From Epsilonproteobacteria bacterium UBA4036 (GTDB lineage Bacteria; Campylobacterota; Campylobacteria; Campylobacterales; Arcobacteraceae), in NCBI GenBank assembly GCA_002382325.1, contig DGAG01000007.1:200235-264234 (forward strand): 64,000 nucleotides of DNA, in the 5' to 3' direction. Below the pieces are notes generated by a model, which searched no databases, was not told the origin of the DNA, and saw only the letters and a list, made by a program, of their open reading frames with translations. Each line of letters opens with the position of its first letter. Positions within the stretch are counted from its first letter, which is position 1. The position numbers and the translations under genes are program-made. Shown piece by piece: positions 9,586 through 20,130 of this stretch.

Positions 9586-12321
9586 TTATTTCAAATCTCC
9601 CCAGCTTAAAGCGGTATTGACACTTACTTCCAAAGGAATATCCAACGTATAAATATTTTCCATGATATGTTTTAAATCATTGGCAAACTGTTCGGCTTTA
9701 TCTTCTTTGACTTCAAAAATTAATTCATCGTGGATTTGCAGTAACATTTTAATATCAAGATGCTCTTTATATTTTTTATAAATGGCAATCATGGATAACT
9801 TAATTAAATCAGCAGCACTTCCTTGGAACATTGTATTAACGGCTTCTCGTAAAAACATGGCTCGTTGCATTCCGCCTACACTGTTAAAATCAAAAATTCG
9901 TCGTCGTTTGAGTAAGGTTTCAACATATCCATGCTCTAAGGCAAAATCTTCTACGGATTTTAAATACTCTTTGACACTCGAAAATGCTTTAAAATAGGAT
10001 TCAATATAGACTTTGGCTTGAGCAGGAGCAATACCTAATGTTTCTGCTAGTTTTTTACTTCCCATACCATAGAGCAACCCAAAGTTAATCGATTTTGCTA
10101 CATTTCTTTTTGAAGCAGCTTCTTCTTCTCCAAAAATTTTCACAGCCGTTTGCATATGAATATCTAGGCCTTGTTTAAACGCATCAACCAACGCCTTATC
10201 TTTTGAAAAATGAGCCAATAATCTTAACTCTATTTGCGAATAATCAATGCCAATAAGAACATTGCCTTCATTGGCAATAAATGCTTTACGAATCCCTTTT
10301 CCTGCTTCACTTTTTACGGGAATATTTTGTAAATTGGGATTTTTACTGCTTAATCGACCCGTGGCAGTTCCTGTATGTAAAAAAGAAGTATAAATTCTGT
10401 TCTCTTGATTTTTTAACCCCAATTCCAATAAAGGTTCAATGTAGGTTGATTGCAATTTATGTGCTTCTCTGTAATCAAGCAACAATGGCACAATAGGATG
10501 TTGTTCATAGAGTTTATGCAATACCACTTCATTCGTACTGTAGCCTGTTTTGGTTTTTTTAGACGTAGGAAGTTTTAACTCTTCAAACAGAACTGTTCCG
10601 AGTTGTTTTGTTGAATTAATATTAAATTTATTGGCAGTAAATCCATAGATTTGTTGTGTTAGCTCTTGAAGGTATTGACTGTTGGTTGCTTTGAGTTTTT
10701 CCAGTAAAGCCACATCAACTTTAATGCCATTGTCTTCCATGTAGGCTAAAACATAAATAAAATCAAACTCCACGTTTTTTGCCACTTCAATTAGATGTTC
10801 ACACTTAAGCCGTCTAAACTCTTCTAAAAGCTTCTCATACAATTTAAATGTCATAAAAGCATCTTCACTGGCATATTCACACGATTTGTGCATATCAACA
10901 TGTGCAAAAGTCTCATCTTTTTTGACAATATCTTTAAACGCTATCATTTTATGATCAAAATATTTTGATGCTAAAAAGTCCAATCCCACTTTTTCTTGCG
11001 TATTTAAAAGCCAAGCTAAAATCATGGTATCAGCATAAAGCTTGAGTTCGATATTAAAATTGTGTTTTATAATTTGATAATCGTATTTAAAATTTTGTAA
11101 AATCAATTTATGTCTGTTAAGCAGTTCAATGGCTTTGTAGGCTACTTCTTGAGTAATTTGTGCTTCTACTCCTAAATAAGAGTGTGCAATAGGCACATAA
11201 TACGCCTTGTTTTTTTCAAAGCAAAATGAAAATCCCACAATACTGGCCAAGTGAAAATCCAAACTGGTGGTTTCTGTATCCAATGCCACAAGGCTGTTTG
11301 GTTTAATAGAATGAATAACGTTAAACAACTCCTCTTCTTTGTTGAGTAAAATGGCTTCAAAAGAGTTGCTTTGTATGGGGGTACTGGTATCATTTTCAAT
11401 ATGATTTTCAACATTATTGGTTTTATAACTTAAGCCATTTTCTTTAACACGTTGAATAATACGGTTTAAATCGTATTGCAACAAAATGGGTTCAATTTTT
11501 AAAATAGGGTTTTCATAGGGCAAAGCAAACTCTTCTAAGACATCAATGCTATGAGAATCGGTTTTAAGAGTGACTAACTCTTTGCTGATAAATGCCATTT
11601 CTTTATTCTCTTTTAAGAGTGTTGCCCATCGTGGTTTTGCGATATTATCAATGTTTTCATAAATATTTTCAAGTGTTCCAAACTCTTCTAAAAGAGCTTG
11701 TGCTGTTTTTGCCCCTACGCCTTTTACTCCTGGAATATTATCAGCACTGTCCCCAATTAAGGCTTGATAATCAATAAATTGTAGGGGCTTAATTCCGTAT
11801 TTGGCAATGCACTTATCTTCATTGATAATCTCTTTTTTAATGGGGTCAAACAAAAAGATTTTATCATCATCAATAAGTTGATACAAATCTTTATCGTGAC
11901 TGACAATACGTACCTTTAAGCCTTTTTCTTTGGCATCATGGGCAATGGAAGCCACAATATCATCGGCTTCAAAACCAATTTTAGAAGCTGTTTTAAAGCC
12001 CATTTTTTCAATCCAAGAAATCGCAATAGGCAGTTGCGTGAGTAAATCTTGAGGAACTTCTTGACGGTGGGCTTTATATTGGCTGTATAACTCATTTCGA
12101 AAAGTGCTTCCAGGGGAATCAAGAGCAAATACAATATAATCGGTTTGAAAATCTTTTCCAATATTAAGAATAAAGTTCATAAATCCTGTTAAAAGACCCG
12201 TGGGGAATCCTGTTTTTGATTTTAACGGAGGAAGTGCAAAGTAGCTTCGAAATAAAAATCCAAACGTATCTATTATGGTGATGGTTTTGTAATTTGTAGA
12301 GTTATCATCATTTTGTAACAT
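9586..12321 (-). CDS. polA: DNA polymerase I
   Basis: 911 aa. The 5'-3' exonuclease N-terminus has GDSADNIPGVKGVGAKTA. The polymerase motifs are DYSQIELRLLAH, RNVAKSINFGLLYG and QIHDELIFEV. Confidence 0.95.
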   Translation of the reverse strand: MLQNDDNSTNYKTITIIDTFGFLFRSYFALPPLKSKTGFPTGLLTGFMNFILNIGKDFQTDYIVFALDSPGSTFRNELYSQYKAHRQEVPQDLLTQLPIAISWIEKMGFKTASKIGFEADDIVASIAHDAKEKGLKVRIVSHDKDLYQLIDDDKIFLFDPIKKEIINEDKCIAKYGIKPLQFIDYQALIGDSADNIPGVKGVGAKTAQALLEEFGTLENIYENIDNIAKPRWATLLKENKEMAFISKELVTLKTDSHSIDVLEEFALPYENPILKIEPILLQYDLNRIIQRVKENGLSYKTNNVENHIENDTSTPIQSNSFEAILLNKEEELFNVIHSIKPNSLVALDTETTSLDFHLASIVGFSFCFEKNKAYYVPIAHSYLGVEAQITQEVAYKAIELLNRHKLILQNFKYDYQIIKHNFNIELKLYADTMILAWLLNTQEKVGLDFLASKYFDHKMIAFKDIVKKDETFAHVDMHKSCEYASEDAFMTFKLYEKLLEEFRRLKCEHLIEVAKNVEFDFIYVLAYMEDNGIKVDVALLEKLKATNSQYLQELTQQIYGFTANKFNINSTKQLGTVLFEELKLPTSKKTKTGYSTNEVVLHKLYEQHPIVPLLLDYREAHKLQSTYIEPLLELGLKNQENRIYTSFLHTGTATGRLSSKNPNLQNIPVKSEAGKGIRKAFIANEGNVLIGIDYSQIELRLLAHFSKDKALVDAFKQGLDIHMQTAVKIFGEEEAASKRNVAKSINFGLLYGMGSKKLAETLGIAPAQAKVYIESYFKAFSSVKEYLKSVEDFALEHGYVETLLKRRRIFDFNSVGGMQRAMFLREAVNTMFQGSAADLIKLSMIAIYKKYKEHLDIKMLLQIHDELIFEVKEDKAEQFANDLKHIMENIYTLDIPLEVSVNTALSWGDLK

Positions 12322-12403
12322 TAATATTTTCCTTTTTTTAGTATAAATATAATATAATAAATTGACTTAAATGATAAAATAATTTTTTATATCTGGAGCG
12401 ATA

Positions 12404-13894
12404 ATGTCACCTGAGATTGAGAAGCTAAAACGTAATAATAACGAACTAAGAGAGATAGTTAATAACTCTTGGGATGGGATTGGAATTATTGATAAGCAAA
12501 GTAAATTTATCTATGTGAATACCGCTTTCTCCCCAATTTTGGGCTATCCCAAAGAAGAACTCTTGCAATTTACATTTGAATCATTGATTTTAAAAGAGTA
12601 CAAAGAAGATTTCCGACAACTGCTTGAAAAAAATATTGAAAATCGCTATTCCAGTGAAGTACACGTGGTGTGTCAAAGAAAAGATAAGCAAAAAGTCTAT
12701 TTGCAAATTACCATTTCATTGATGCTCAATAAACAATTTTTTGTTGTCAGTGCCAAAGATATTACCAAACAAATCTCAGATGATGAAATTTTAGATAAAT
12801 ATGTGTTATCGTCTCATACCAATATAGACGATACGATTACCAAAGTCAGTTCTGCCTTTACCCTTTTAAGTGGGTATTCAAAAGAGGATTTAATTGGCAA
12901 AAAACAAAATGAAGTGATTTTTAAACAGGCCAAAGAGAATCTTCTTGAAGAGTTAATTGACTCAGTTAAACACCACAAAGAGTGGACAGGACAGCTGCAA
13001 TGTTTAAAAAAGGACCAAAGTACCTTTTGGGTGGATGTTAAAGTCAAACCCATGTACAATAAATATGGGGATATTACCGGTTTAACCTATTTAATGTTCG
13101 ATATTACCAATGAATTAACCTTAACCTCACAAAAACAAAACTTAACCACACAAGTCAGCTTGGCACAAGATGAAATCAAGCAAAAAGATAAAATTTTAAT
13201 GCAACAATCCAAATTGGCGGTTATGGCTGAGACGTTACAAATGGTTTCTCATGAATGGCGACAACCTTTAAATATTATCTCCATACAAGCTCAAAAACTT
13301 GAACTGCAGTATTCAATGGAAGAAAATCCCGAACCCAAAGAGGTGATTAACGTATTAGAAAACATTAAAAATACCGCTTCTCAGCTCTCTCAAACGATTG
13401 AAGAGTTTCAAAACTATGTCAATTTAAAAAGTACGAAAAAAGAGGTTAATGCCTCTAAAATTGTCAATAAGGCCATTGAAATTTTCAAAAATGACCAAGA
13501 AACAAAAGAGATTGATTTTGTCAAAGATGTGATGGAAGAGACCCCTGTTTTTGAAACGTATGAAAATGAACTGACCACCATTTTACTCAATTTATTGATT
13601 AATGCCAAAGAGGCTATTTTAAAAAATAATGTCAAACATGGTGTTATCAAGCTCAAAGAGTATTATCAAAACGATGCCATTTATTTTGAAATAAGTGACA
13701 ACGGCAAAGGAATTAAAGAGGAGATTATGCATCGAATTTTTGAACCTTATTTTAGTACAAAAGCTTCTCAACATGGAGTGGGCTTAGGTCTTTATACGTG
13801 TAAAATGATAATTGAAACGCATCTCAATGGAACTATTGAGGCCGTCAACCACAATACGGGCGCACGATTTATAATAAAACTTCCCATTAAATAA
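12404..13894 (+). CDS. cytoplasmic PAS-domain sensor histidine kinase
   Basis: Two PAS-like segments are followed by H-box SHEWRQPL. The ATPase has N-box LLNLLINAKEA and G-boxes DNGKGI and GVGLGLY. Confidence 0.85.
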   Translation: MSPEIEKLKRNNNELREIVNNSWDGIGIIDKQSKFIYVNTAFSPILGYPKEELLQFTFESLILKEYKEDFRQLLEKNIENRYSSEVHVVCQRKDKQKVYLQITISLMLNKQFFVVSAKDITKQISDDEILDKYVLSSHTNIDDTITKVSSAFTLLSGYSKEDLIGKKQNEVIFKQAKENLLEELIDSVKHHKEWTGQLQCLKKDQSTFWVDVKVKPMYNKYGDITGLTYLMFDITNELTLTSQKQNLTTQVSLAQDEIKQKDKILMQQSKLAVMAETLQMVSHEWRQPLNIISIQAQKLELQYSMEENPEPKEVINVLENIKNTASQLSQTIEEFQNYVNLKSTKKEVNASKIVNKAIEIFKNDQETKEIDFVKDVMEETPVFETYENELTTILLNLLINAKEAILKNNVKHGVIKLKEYYQNDAIYFEISDNGKGIKEEIMHRIFEPYFSTKASQHGVGLGLYTCKMIIETHLNGTIEAVNHNTGARFIIKLPIK

Positions 13895-13906
13895 TAAAGG
13901 TAAAAA

Positions 13907-14629
13907 ATGATAATTATTCCCGCAAGGCTAAATTCAAGCCGATTTGAAAATAAAATTTTAGTTGATATTTTAGGATTGCCCATGGTAATACGAACTGCTA
14001 AACAAGTCAGTTCTCTTGATCACGTTGTGATTGCAACGGATTCAAAAGAAGTGGTAGAATTGGCAAAACAACATGGTATTGATGTGGTTATGACATCACG
14101 TGAGCATCAAAGTGGTACAGACAGAATCAATGAAGCTGCTAATATTTTAAATCTATCTTTTGATGAAATCATCATTAATGTACAAGCCGATGAACCTTTT
14201 ATTGAGCCTGAGGTCGTACAAAGTGTCATCAATCGAGTCAAACAAATCAAAACAAATCAAGAGAGTATTATGATGGTCAGTTGTCATAAAAAGATTAATT
14301 CAGAACTCGCAGATGATCCCAATCATGTTAAAGTCTTACTGGACAATAACAACAATGCTATTTACTTTTCAAGAAGCAAAATTCCTTACCATCGAGATCA
14401 TTATGAACACTCTTCTTATTTTGGTCATTTAGGGATTTATGGCTTTACAAAAGAATCTTTGAATGCTTTTTGCACCCTTAAAAGTGCCCCTTTAGAACAC
14501 ATCGAAAAACTTGAACAGTTACGTGCTATTTATTTTGGACACACCATTGCTATGGTGGAAGTGGAGTCTAAATCGTTTGGGATTGATACGCAAGAAGATT
14601 TGAAAAATGCGATTAAACTGTTTGGGTAA
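13907..14629 (+). CDS. kdsB: 3-deoxy-manno-octulosonate cytidylyltransferase
   Basis: 240 aa with N-terminal IIIPARLNSSRFENK, HQSGTDR and VQADEP motifs. Confidence 0.9.
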   Translation: MIIIPARLNSSRFENKILVDILGLPMVIRTAKQVSSLDHVVIATDSKEVVELAKQHGIDVVMTSREHQSGTDRINEAANILNLSFDEIIINVQADEPFIEPEVVQSVINRVKQIKTNQESIMMVSCHKKINSELADDPNHVKVLLDNNNNAIYFSRSKIPYHRDHYEHSSYFGHLGIYGFTKESLNAFCTLKSAPLEHIEKLEQLRAIYFGHTIAMVEVESKSFGIDTQEDLKNAIKLFG

Positions 14630-14684
14630 ATAATAAATTAATTATTATTTATGTAGAATTAAACATTATTACAAAAGGTGGTTT

Positions 14685-16310
14685 ATGCTTTATCAACTCG
14701 ATGATTTTACTGATTTTATTATTCGTTCATCCATTCATCCTGTTTGTTTGGTCAAAAACCAAAAAGTCATTTTTGCCAATGACTCTTTTTTGAATTTATT
14801 GTCTTTTTCTTCTTTAGAAGAGTTGCACGAGGAAAATCTTGATTTTAAAGAACTTTTTTGTCATGGATTAAATCATCTTTACAAAGAGTCCAATTATGAC
14901 TGGTTTGAGAAAATACAAAAAAGTAGTTTTGAGCTTTTTACCTCTTCAAAAAACAAAAAACACACCCATAAAGTACATCACACTTATTTAGAAAAAGAGT
15001 CTCTTTTTTTTATTCAATTTCAAGATATTACCAAAGAGATTGAGCATGAAACAGAGATTAAAACACTTTTATATACCGATGATTTAACGAAATTAGAAAA
15101 TCGAAGTAAATTGATTTATGATTTACGTTATGGTGAAGTAGAGATCCAATCTATTGCCATTATTGATATTAATTCGTTTAAAGAAATCAATGATTTTTAT
15201 GGACATAAAATTGGTGATTTAATTTTAGGCAATGTTGCCAATATTATTTCAGAAGGCATTAAATCTTTTCCTCATATGAAGCTTTATAAGTTTCCAGCTG
15301 ATATTTATGCCATTGCCAATTCTCATACCAATAAAGATGAATTTACTCAAATCATTGTTAAAATTATTGAACAAATCGATAAACAAGTTTACACTTTTGA
15401 CCAATATGAAATTGATGTAAGAGTCACTGCTGGTTTGTCTTTTTCAACAAAAAACAATAAACTTATTACCGCTGATTTAGCACTGCAAGCAGCCAAAAAA
15501 GATCATAAGGATTATTTGGTCTTTTACGATGAATTAGACAATTTAAAAGAGTACCAAAACAATATGATTTGGACTAAAAAACTTAAAACAGCGTTAGCAA
15601 AAGATAATATTATTGTCTATTATCAACCTTTAATCAACAATAAAACGCTTAAAGTCGATAAATATGAGTGTTTGGTTAGAATGATTGATGAAGAGAGTAT
15701 CATTTCACCTTTTTTCTTTTTGGATATTTCAAAAAAATCCAATCAATATCACAAAATCACTCGTTCAGTTATTCAAAAATCGTTTAAAGAGTTTGAAAAT
15801 TTGGAGTTTGAATTTAGCATTAATATTTCCTATGAAGATATTGCTAACAATGATTTTTTGGATTTCATAAAAGAGATGTTTGCCCTTTATAATGTAAAAA
15901 ACAAAGTGGTTTTTGAAATTCTTGAAGATGAAGGCATTAAAAACTATACGGTTTTAACCAATTTTGTCAAAGAGATTAAAAAACTGGGATGTAAAGTCGC
16001 CATTGATGATTTTGGCAGCGGATACTCCAACTTTGAACATCTGTTAAAAATGAACGTCGATTATTTAAAAATTGATGCCTCTTTGGTTAAAAATATTGTA
16101 GAAGATGAGAACTCGTATAAGGTGACTAAAACCATTATAGAGTTTGCTAAAAATTTAAATCTCAAAACCATTGCAGAGTATGTTGAAAACAAAGATATAT
16201 TTGATACTATTCGAGATTTGGGTGCTGATTATTCTCAAGGATACTATTTTTCGGCACCTTTGAAAGTGCCCAATTTATACTGTTGCAAAGATAAGGAATT
16301 GTATGATTAA
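14685..16310 (+). CDS. degenerate GGDEF - EAL domain protein (probable c-di-GMP phosphodiesterase)
   Basis: The GGDEF-fold region has YGHKIGD, but the signature position reads KFPADIY. The EAL domain has YECLVRM, FEILED, DDFGSGYSN, LKID, AEYVE and QGYYF. Confidence 0.85.
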   Translation: MLYQLDDFTDFIIRSSIHPVCLVKNQKVIFANDSFLNLLSFSSLEELHEENLDFKELFCHGLNHLYKESNYDWFEKIQKSSFELFTSSKNKKHTHKVHHTYLEKESLFFIQFQDITKEIEHETEIKTLLYTDDLTKLENRSKLIYDLRYGEVEIQSIAIIDINSFKEINDFYGHKIGDLILGNVANIISEGIKSFPHMKLYKFPADIYAIANSHTNKDEFTQIIVKIIEQIDKQVYTFDQYEIDVRVTAGLSFSTKNNKLITADLALQAAKKDHKDYLVFYDELDNLKEYQNNMIWTKKLKTALAKDNIIVYYQPLINNKTLKVDKYECLVRMIDEESIISPFFFLDISKKSNQYHKITRSVIQKSFKEFENLEFEFSINISYEDIANNDFLDFIKEMFALYNVKNKVVFEILEDEGIKNYTVLTNFVKEIKKLGCKVAIDDFGSGYSNFEHLLKMNVDYLKIDASLVKNIVEDENSYKVTKTIIEFAKNLNLKTIAEYVENKDIFDTIRDLGADYSQGYYFSAPLKVPNLYCCKDKELYD

Positions 16311-17628
16311 TAAAGAGATACTTCAAAACATAAAAGTACTATACGTTGAAGACGAAGTTGAAGTAAGAAACTTTACTGCTAAAACCATTCAAGCCATTGT
16401 TAAAGAGTTGGTTGTGGCTGAAAACGGACAAGATGGCGTAGAAAAATTTAAACAAAATCAAGATATTGATTTGATTGTTACAGACATAAATATGCCTAAA
16501 ATGGGTGGATTAGAGATGTGTGAAGCCATACAAGAAATCAATCCAAATATTCCTATTGTCATAACTTCAGCACACAATGACCCCGATTTTTTGAAAAAAG
16601 CCATTGATATTGGGGTTGATGCTTATGCCATGAAACCCGTGGATTTGTATCAACTCTTAGACTGTATGATAAAAGCCATGGAACCTATTTTCTTACGCAA
16701 ACAATTGGAACAACTTAACTTATCGCTGGAATCAAAAGTGGAAGAAGGGATTAAAAAAATTAAATTGATTTTAGATGCCCAAGATAATATGGTTATTGTA
16801 ACCAATGGAATTACCATAAGTCATGTCAACAAACGCTTCTTAGATTTTTTCAATAAGCGTTCTTTAGAAGAGTATTTGCAAAGCAATCAATGTATTTATA
16901 CTTCGTTTAAAAAAGAACCCAATTTTTTTCATCAAGAGATGATAAACGGCGATGAATCTTGGATTGAAAGCATTCAAAAATTACCCGAAATTCAAAGAGT
17001 AGTTAAATTGACCAATCAAGAAGGGGAAGACAGAGTTTTTACCGTTAAAATACATCAATATGATCAAGATGAGACCTATTATGTTATCTCTTTAACGGAT
17101 ATTACGCAAATTAAACAAAAATCAAATTTATTGGAATATCAAGCCAATCACGATGCACTTACAGGTTTATATAATCGTCAAAAATTTAATGATATTTTTA
17201 CCAAAGAGATAAGAAGAAGCAGACGATATGCCAATTTTTTATCGGTCATTTTATTTGACATTGATAATTTTAAAGCCATCAATGACTCTTATGGACATGA
17301 TGCGGGAGATGAAGTTCTTAAGAAAATTGCTGACATTATTTCTGTCAATTTACGGCAAACAGACTCTTTGGTTCGTTGGGGCGGAGAAGAGTTTATTGTT
17401 TTGCTTCCTGAAACAGATTTACAAACCGCTTGCAATGTTGCCCAAAAACTGCTTGAAAGTTTAACTGTTTTGACATTTGATTTTATGCAAGAAAAAATTA
17501 CTGCCAGTTTTGGTGTGGCAACATTAAATGAAACGGATACGGAATGTACCCTGATTAATCGTGCTGATGAAGCTTTATATGAAGCAAAACGAAATGGGAA
17601 AAACCAAGTTTTCAAAGAAAAGGTTTAA
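16303..17628 (+). CDS. response regulator receiver - PAS-like - GGDEF diguanylate cyclase
   Basis: The receiver has DLIVTDINMP, ITSA and AMKP. The GGDEF domain has RQTDSLVRWGGEEF, so both I-site and A-site are intact. The start overlaps the preceding gene by 8 nt. Confidence 0.85.
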   Translation: MINKEILQNIKVLYVEDEVEVRNFTAKTIQAIVKELVVAENGQDGVEKFKQNQDIDLIVTDINMPKMGGLEMCEAIQEINPNIPIVITSAHNDPDFLKKAIDIGVDAYAMKPVDLYQLLDCMIKAMEPIFLRKQLEQLNLSLESKVEEGIKKIKLILDAQDNMVIVTNGITISHVNKRFLDFFNKRSLEEYLQSNQCIYTSFKKEPNFFHQEMINGDESWIESIQKLPEIQRVVKLTNQEGEDRVFTVKIHQYDQDETYYVISLTDITQIKQKSNLLEYQANHDALTGLYNRQKFNDIFTKEIRRSRRYANFLSVILFDIDNFKAINDSYGHDAGDEVLKKIADIISVNLRQTDSLVRWGGEEFIVLLPETDLQTACNVAQKLLESLTVLTFDFMQEKITASFGVATLNETDTECTLINRADEALYEAKRNGKNQVFKEKV

Positions 17629-17641
17629 TTTTCTTTGAGGA

Positions 17642-18364
17642 TTAAAAGGTGAAATTCTCTCCCAAATAGTGTTCTCTAACACTTCCATCGGTTTTTATCT
17701 CATCGGCATTTCCTGATGCTAACACACTTCCACTTTTCATAACATAAGCACGAGTACAAATTTGAAGAGTTTCTCTTACGTTATGGTCTGTAATTAATAT
17801 CCCAATACCTCGTTTTGCTAATTGATGAATAATCTCTTGAATGTCTTTAACCGCAATAGGGTCAACCCCAGCAAAGGGTTCATCCAGAAGTAAAAATTTT
17901 GGCTGTGAAATCAACGCACGGGCAATTTCTGTTCGACGTCGTTCTCCTCCTGAAAGAGATATTCCTTTTCGTTGTCGTATGGGTTCAATATTAAAAATAG
18001 CCAATAACTCTTCCACTTTTTTATGTTGTTCTAATTTATCTTCATAGACCACTTGGGCAGCTAACATTAAGTTATCCTCTACACTTAACTCCTTAAAGAT
18101 AGAAGATTCTTGAGGTAAATAGCCAATGCCTTTAAGTGCTCGTTTGTGTAAAGGCAATGCGGTAATATTATCTCCATCAAAAAAAACCTCTCCACTTGTG
18201 GGTTGAACCAAGCCACATACGGTATAAAAACTGGTGGTTTTCCCTGCTCCATTGGGACCTAAAAGACCAACAATTTCACCGCTTCTGACTTCAAGAGTAA
18301 TGCCATGTAAGATTTGTGTTTTTTTAATGGTTTTGGTAATATTTTTTATCTCTAATTTATGCAT
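17642..18364 (-). CDS. lptB: LPS export ABC transporter ATP-binding protein
   Basis: 240 aa with Walker A GPNGAGKTT, signature LSGGERRR and Walker B LLLDEPFAGVDP. Confidence 0.9.
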   Translation of the reverse strand: MHKLEIKNITKTIKKTQILHGITLEVRSGEIVGLLGPNGAGKTTSFYTVCGLVQPTSGEVFFDGDNITALPLHKRALKGIGYLPQESSIFKELSVEDNLMLAAQVVYEDKLEQHKKVEELLAIFNIEPIRQRKGISLSGGERRRTEIARALISQPKFLLLDEPFAGVDPIAVKDIQEIIHQLAKRGIGILITDHNVRETLQICTRAYVMKSGSVLASGNADEIKTDGSVREHYLGENFTF

Positions 18365-18779
18365 GAATGGTATATCGCCTTTTATTATTTAATTTATCAA
18401 TGGTTATTTTAATAATTTCAAACCCATAGCTTTTTAAAAGTTCTTCTAACGTATCATCGCCCCACTCGACAAAATGAACACCCTCTTTTTCAAACTCTTC
18501 TAACAATCCTAAAGAGATAAATTCTTCAAGTGTTTTATTATAGACATCATAGTGATAAAAATTGTTTTCATACACATTTTGAATACAAAAAGTAGGTGAA
18601 GTAACGTCACTTTGTATGCCATATGATTTTAATAAAGATTGTATTAAAGTCGTTTTTCCACTGGCTAAATCGCCTTGCAATAATATAACAAGATTTTTAT
18701 TTTCGATGGCTTGTCTTAAATACTCAACAACTTTACTGATATTATCCAATGATACTTCATACGATTTAATCAATGTCAA
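18357..18779 (-). CDS. tsaE: tRNA t6A37 biosynthesis ATPase TsaE
   Basis: 140 aa with LQGDLASGKTT and a C-terminal VHFVEWGD block. Confidence 0.85.
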   Translation of the reverse strand: MTLIKSYEVSLDNISKVVEYLRQAIENKNLVILLQGDLASGKTTLIQSLLKSYGIQSDVTSPTFCIQNVYENNFYHYDVYNKTLEEFISLGLLEEFEKEGVHFVEWGDDTLEELLKSYGFEIIKITIDKLNNKRRYTIHA

Positions 18780-18782
18780 ACC

Positions 18783-19766
18783 TTAATTAAATTGATTCGA
18801 AACTTCAATAATATGTTGAAGTTTTTTTAACGCAGCACCACTTTGAATCGCCTCTTTTGCCATAACAATGCCCTCTTCTGTCGAATGAACTTTTCCATCA
18901 ACCAATAAAGCAGCCGCTGCATTAATCAGTACAATATCTCGTTTGGCTCCACCTATTGTGTTGTTTAAAATTCCTTGAGTGATTGCCGCATTTTCTTGAG
19001 GAGTACCTCCCATAATTTCACTTTTGGGATATAAATCAAATCCGTATTCTCTTGGGTCTATAATAAACTCTCGAATACTTCCATGGTCAACAAAAGCAGC
19101 GTAAGTTACATCTGAAACAGAAATTTCATCCATATTATCATTGGAACTCACTACCATAGAGCGTTTGGCTCCTAAAAGCGCCATGGCTTGAGCAATTTTA
19201 GGCACAAAAGATTTATCAAACACACCAATAATTTGCTTATGCACCATAGCCGGATTAGACAATGGTCCTAAAATATTAAAAATGGTTCGATGAGGAATAC
19301 TTTTTCGAATGGGCATAATAAATTTCATGGCAGGGTGATGATTTTGAGCAAACATAAAACAAAATCCTGTTTGTTCCAGCATATGGACTTGATTTTCATT
19401 GCTGATGTTCAAATTGACACCCAAATGCTCTAACATATCCGCACTACCACTGTTGCTGGTAATGCTTCTGTTACCATGTTTAGCCACTTTAGAACCACAC
19501 GCTGCAATAACAATGGCTACGGTTGTAGAGATGTTAAAGCTGTTACTTTTATCGCCTCCCGTACCACAATTGTCAATCAGCTCTTCTTTGAGTGTATATG
19601 GAATATTTAATGGGATTAAATGTTCTCTCATGGCACTTGCAGCCGAAGCGATATCTTCAGCGGTTTCACCGTTTTCATAGAGTTTTATTAAATACTCTCT
19701 GACTTCTTCTTCAGGAAGTCGATTTTCAAATATGTCATCAAATTTTAATTTGGTTTTATTAAACAT
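18783..19766 (-). CDS. trpD: anthranilate phosphoribosyltransferase
   Basis: 327 aa with DNCGTGGDKSNSFNIST, KHGNRSITSNSGSAD and NILGPLSNP. Confidence 0.9.
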   Translation of the reverse strand: MFNKTKLKFDDIFENRLPEEEVREYLIKLYENGETAEDIASAASAMREHLIPLNIPYTLKEELIDNCGTGGDKSNSFNISTTVAIVIAACGSKVAKHGNRSITSNSGSADMLEHLGVNLNISNENQVHMLEQTGFCFMFAQNHHPAMKFIMPIRKSIPHRTIFNILGPLSNPAMVHKQIIGVFDKSFVPKIAQAMALLGAKRSMVVSSNDNMDEISVSDVTYAAFVDHGSIREFIIDPREYGFDLYPKSEIMGGTPQENAAITQGILNNTIGGAKRDIVLINAAAALLVDGKVHSTEEGIVMAKEAIQSGAALKKLQHIIEVSNQFN

Positions 19767-19807
19767 GGTATTTCCTGCTTTAATGTTAAAAAATTGCCGT
19801 ACAATGT

Positions 19808-20056
19808 TTAATCACACCGTACAACATACTCTTCTTGTTTTGATTTAGGGGTTGATTTGGTTGTGGGAATTTGCACCACTTTAAATTTTTCACTTTTTTC
19901 GAGATATTTAATTTCAATAATATCCCCTATTTTCACCTCTTTGGCTTTTTTGACACTGGCATTGTTGATAAAAACCACTTTATGTTCAAGCATATCTTCT
20001 GCCACGGCTCTTCGTTTCGTAATATTAACGGCATTTAAAAATTTATCGATTCTCAT
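19808..20056 (-). CDS. S4-domain RNA-binding protein (Hsp15/YlmH-like)
   Basis: 82 aa. MRIDKFLNAVNITKRRAVAEDML is a typical S4 N-terminus. Confidence 0.7.
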   Translation of the reverse strand: MRIDKFLNAVNITKRRAVAEDMLEHKVVFINNASVKKAKEVKIGDIIEIKYLEKSEKFKVVQIPTTKSTPKSKQEEYVVRCD

Positions 20057-20130
20057 AAAGAAGATTATAGCTAATTTTAGATAAAATAAGCCTCTTAAAG
20101 ATTTGAAAACAATTCATAAACAACGGAGAA

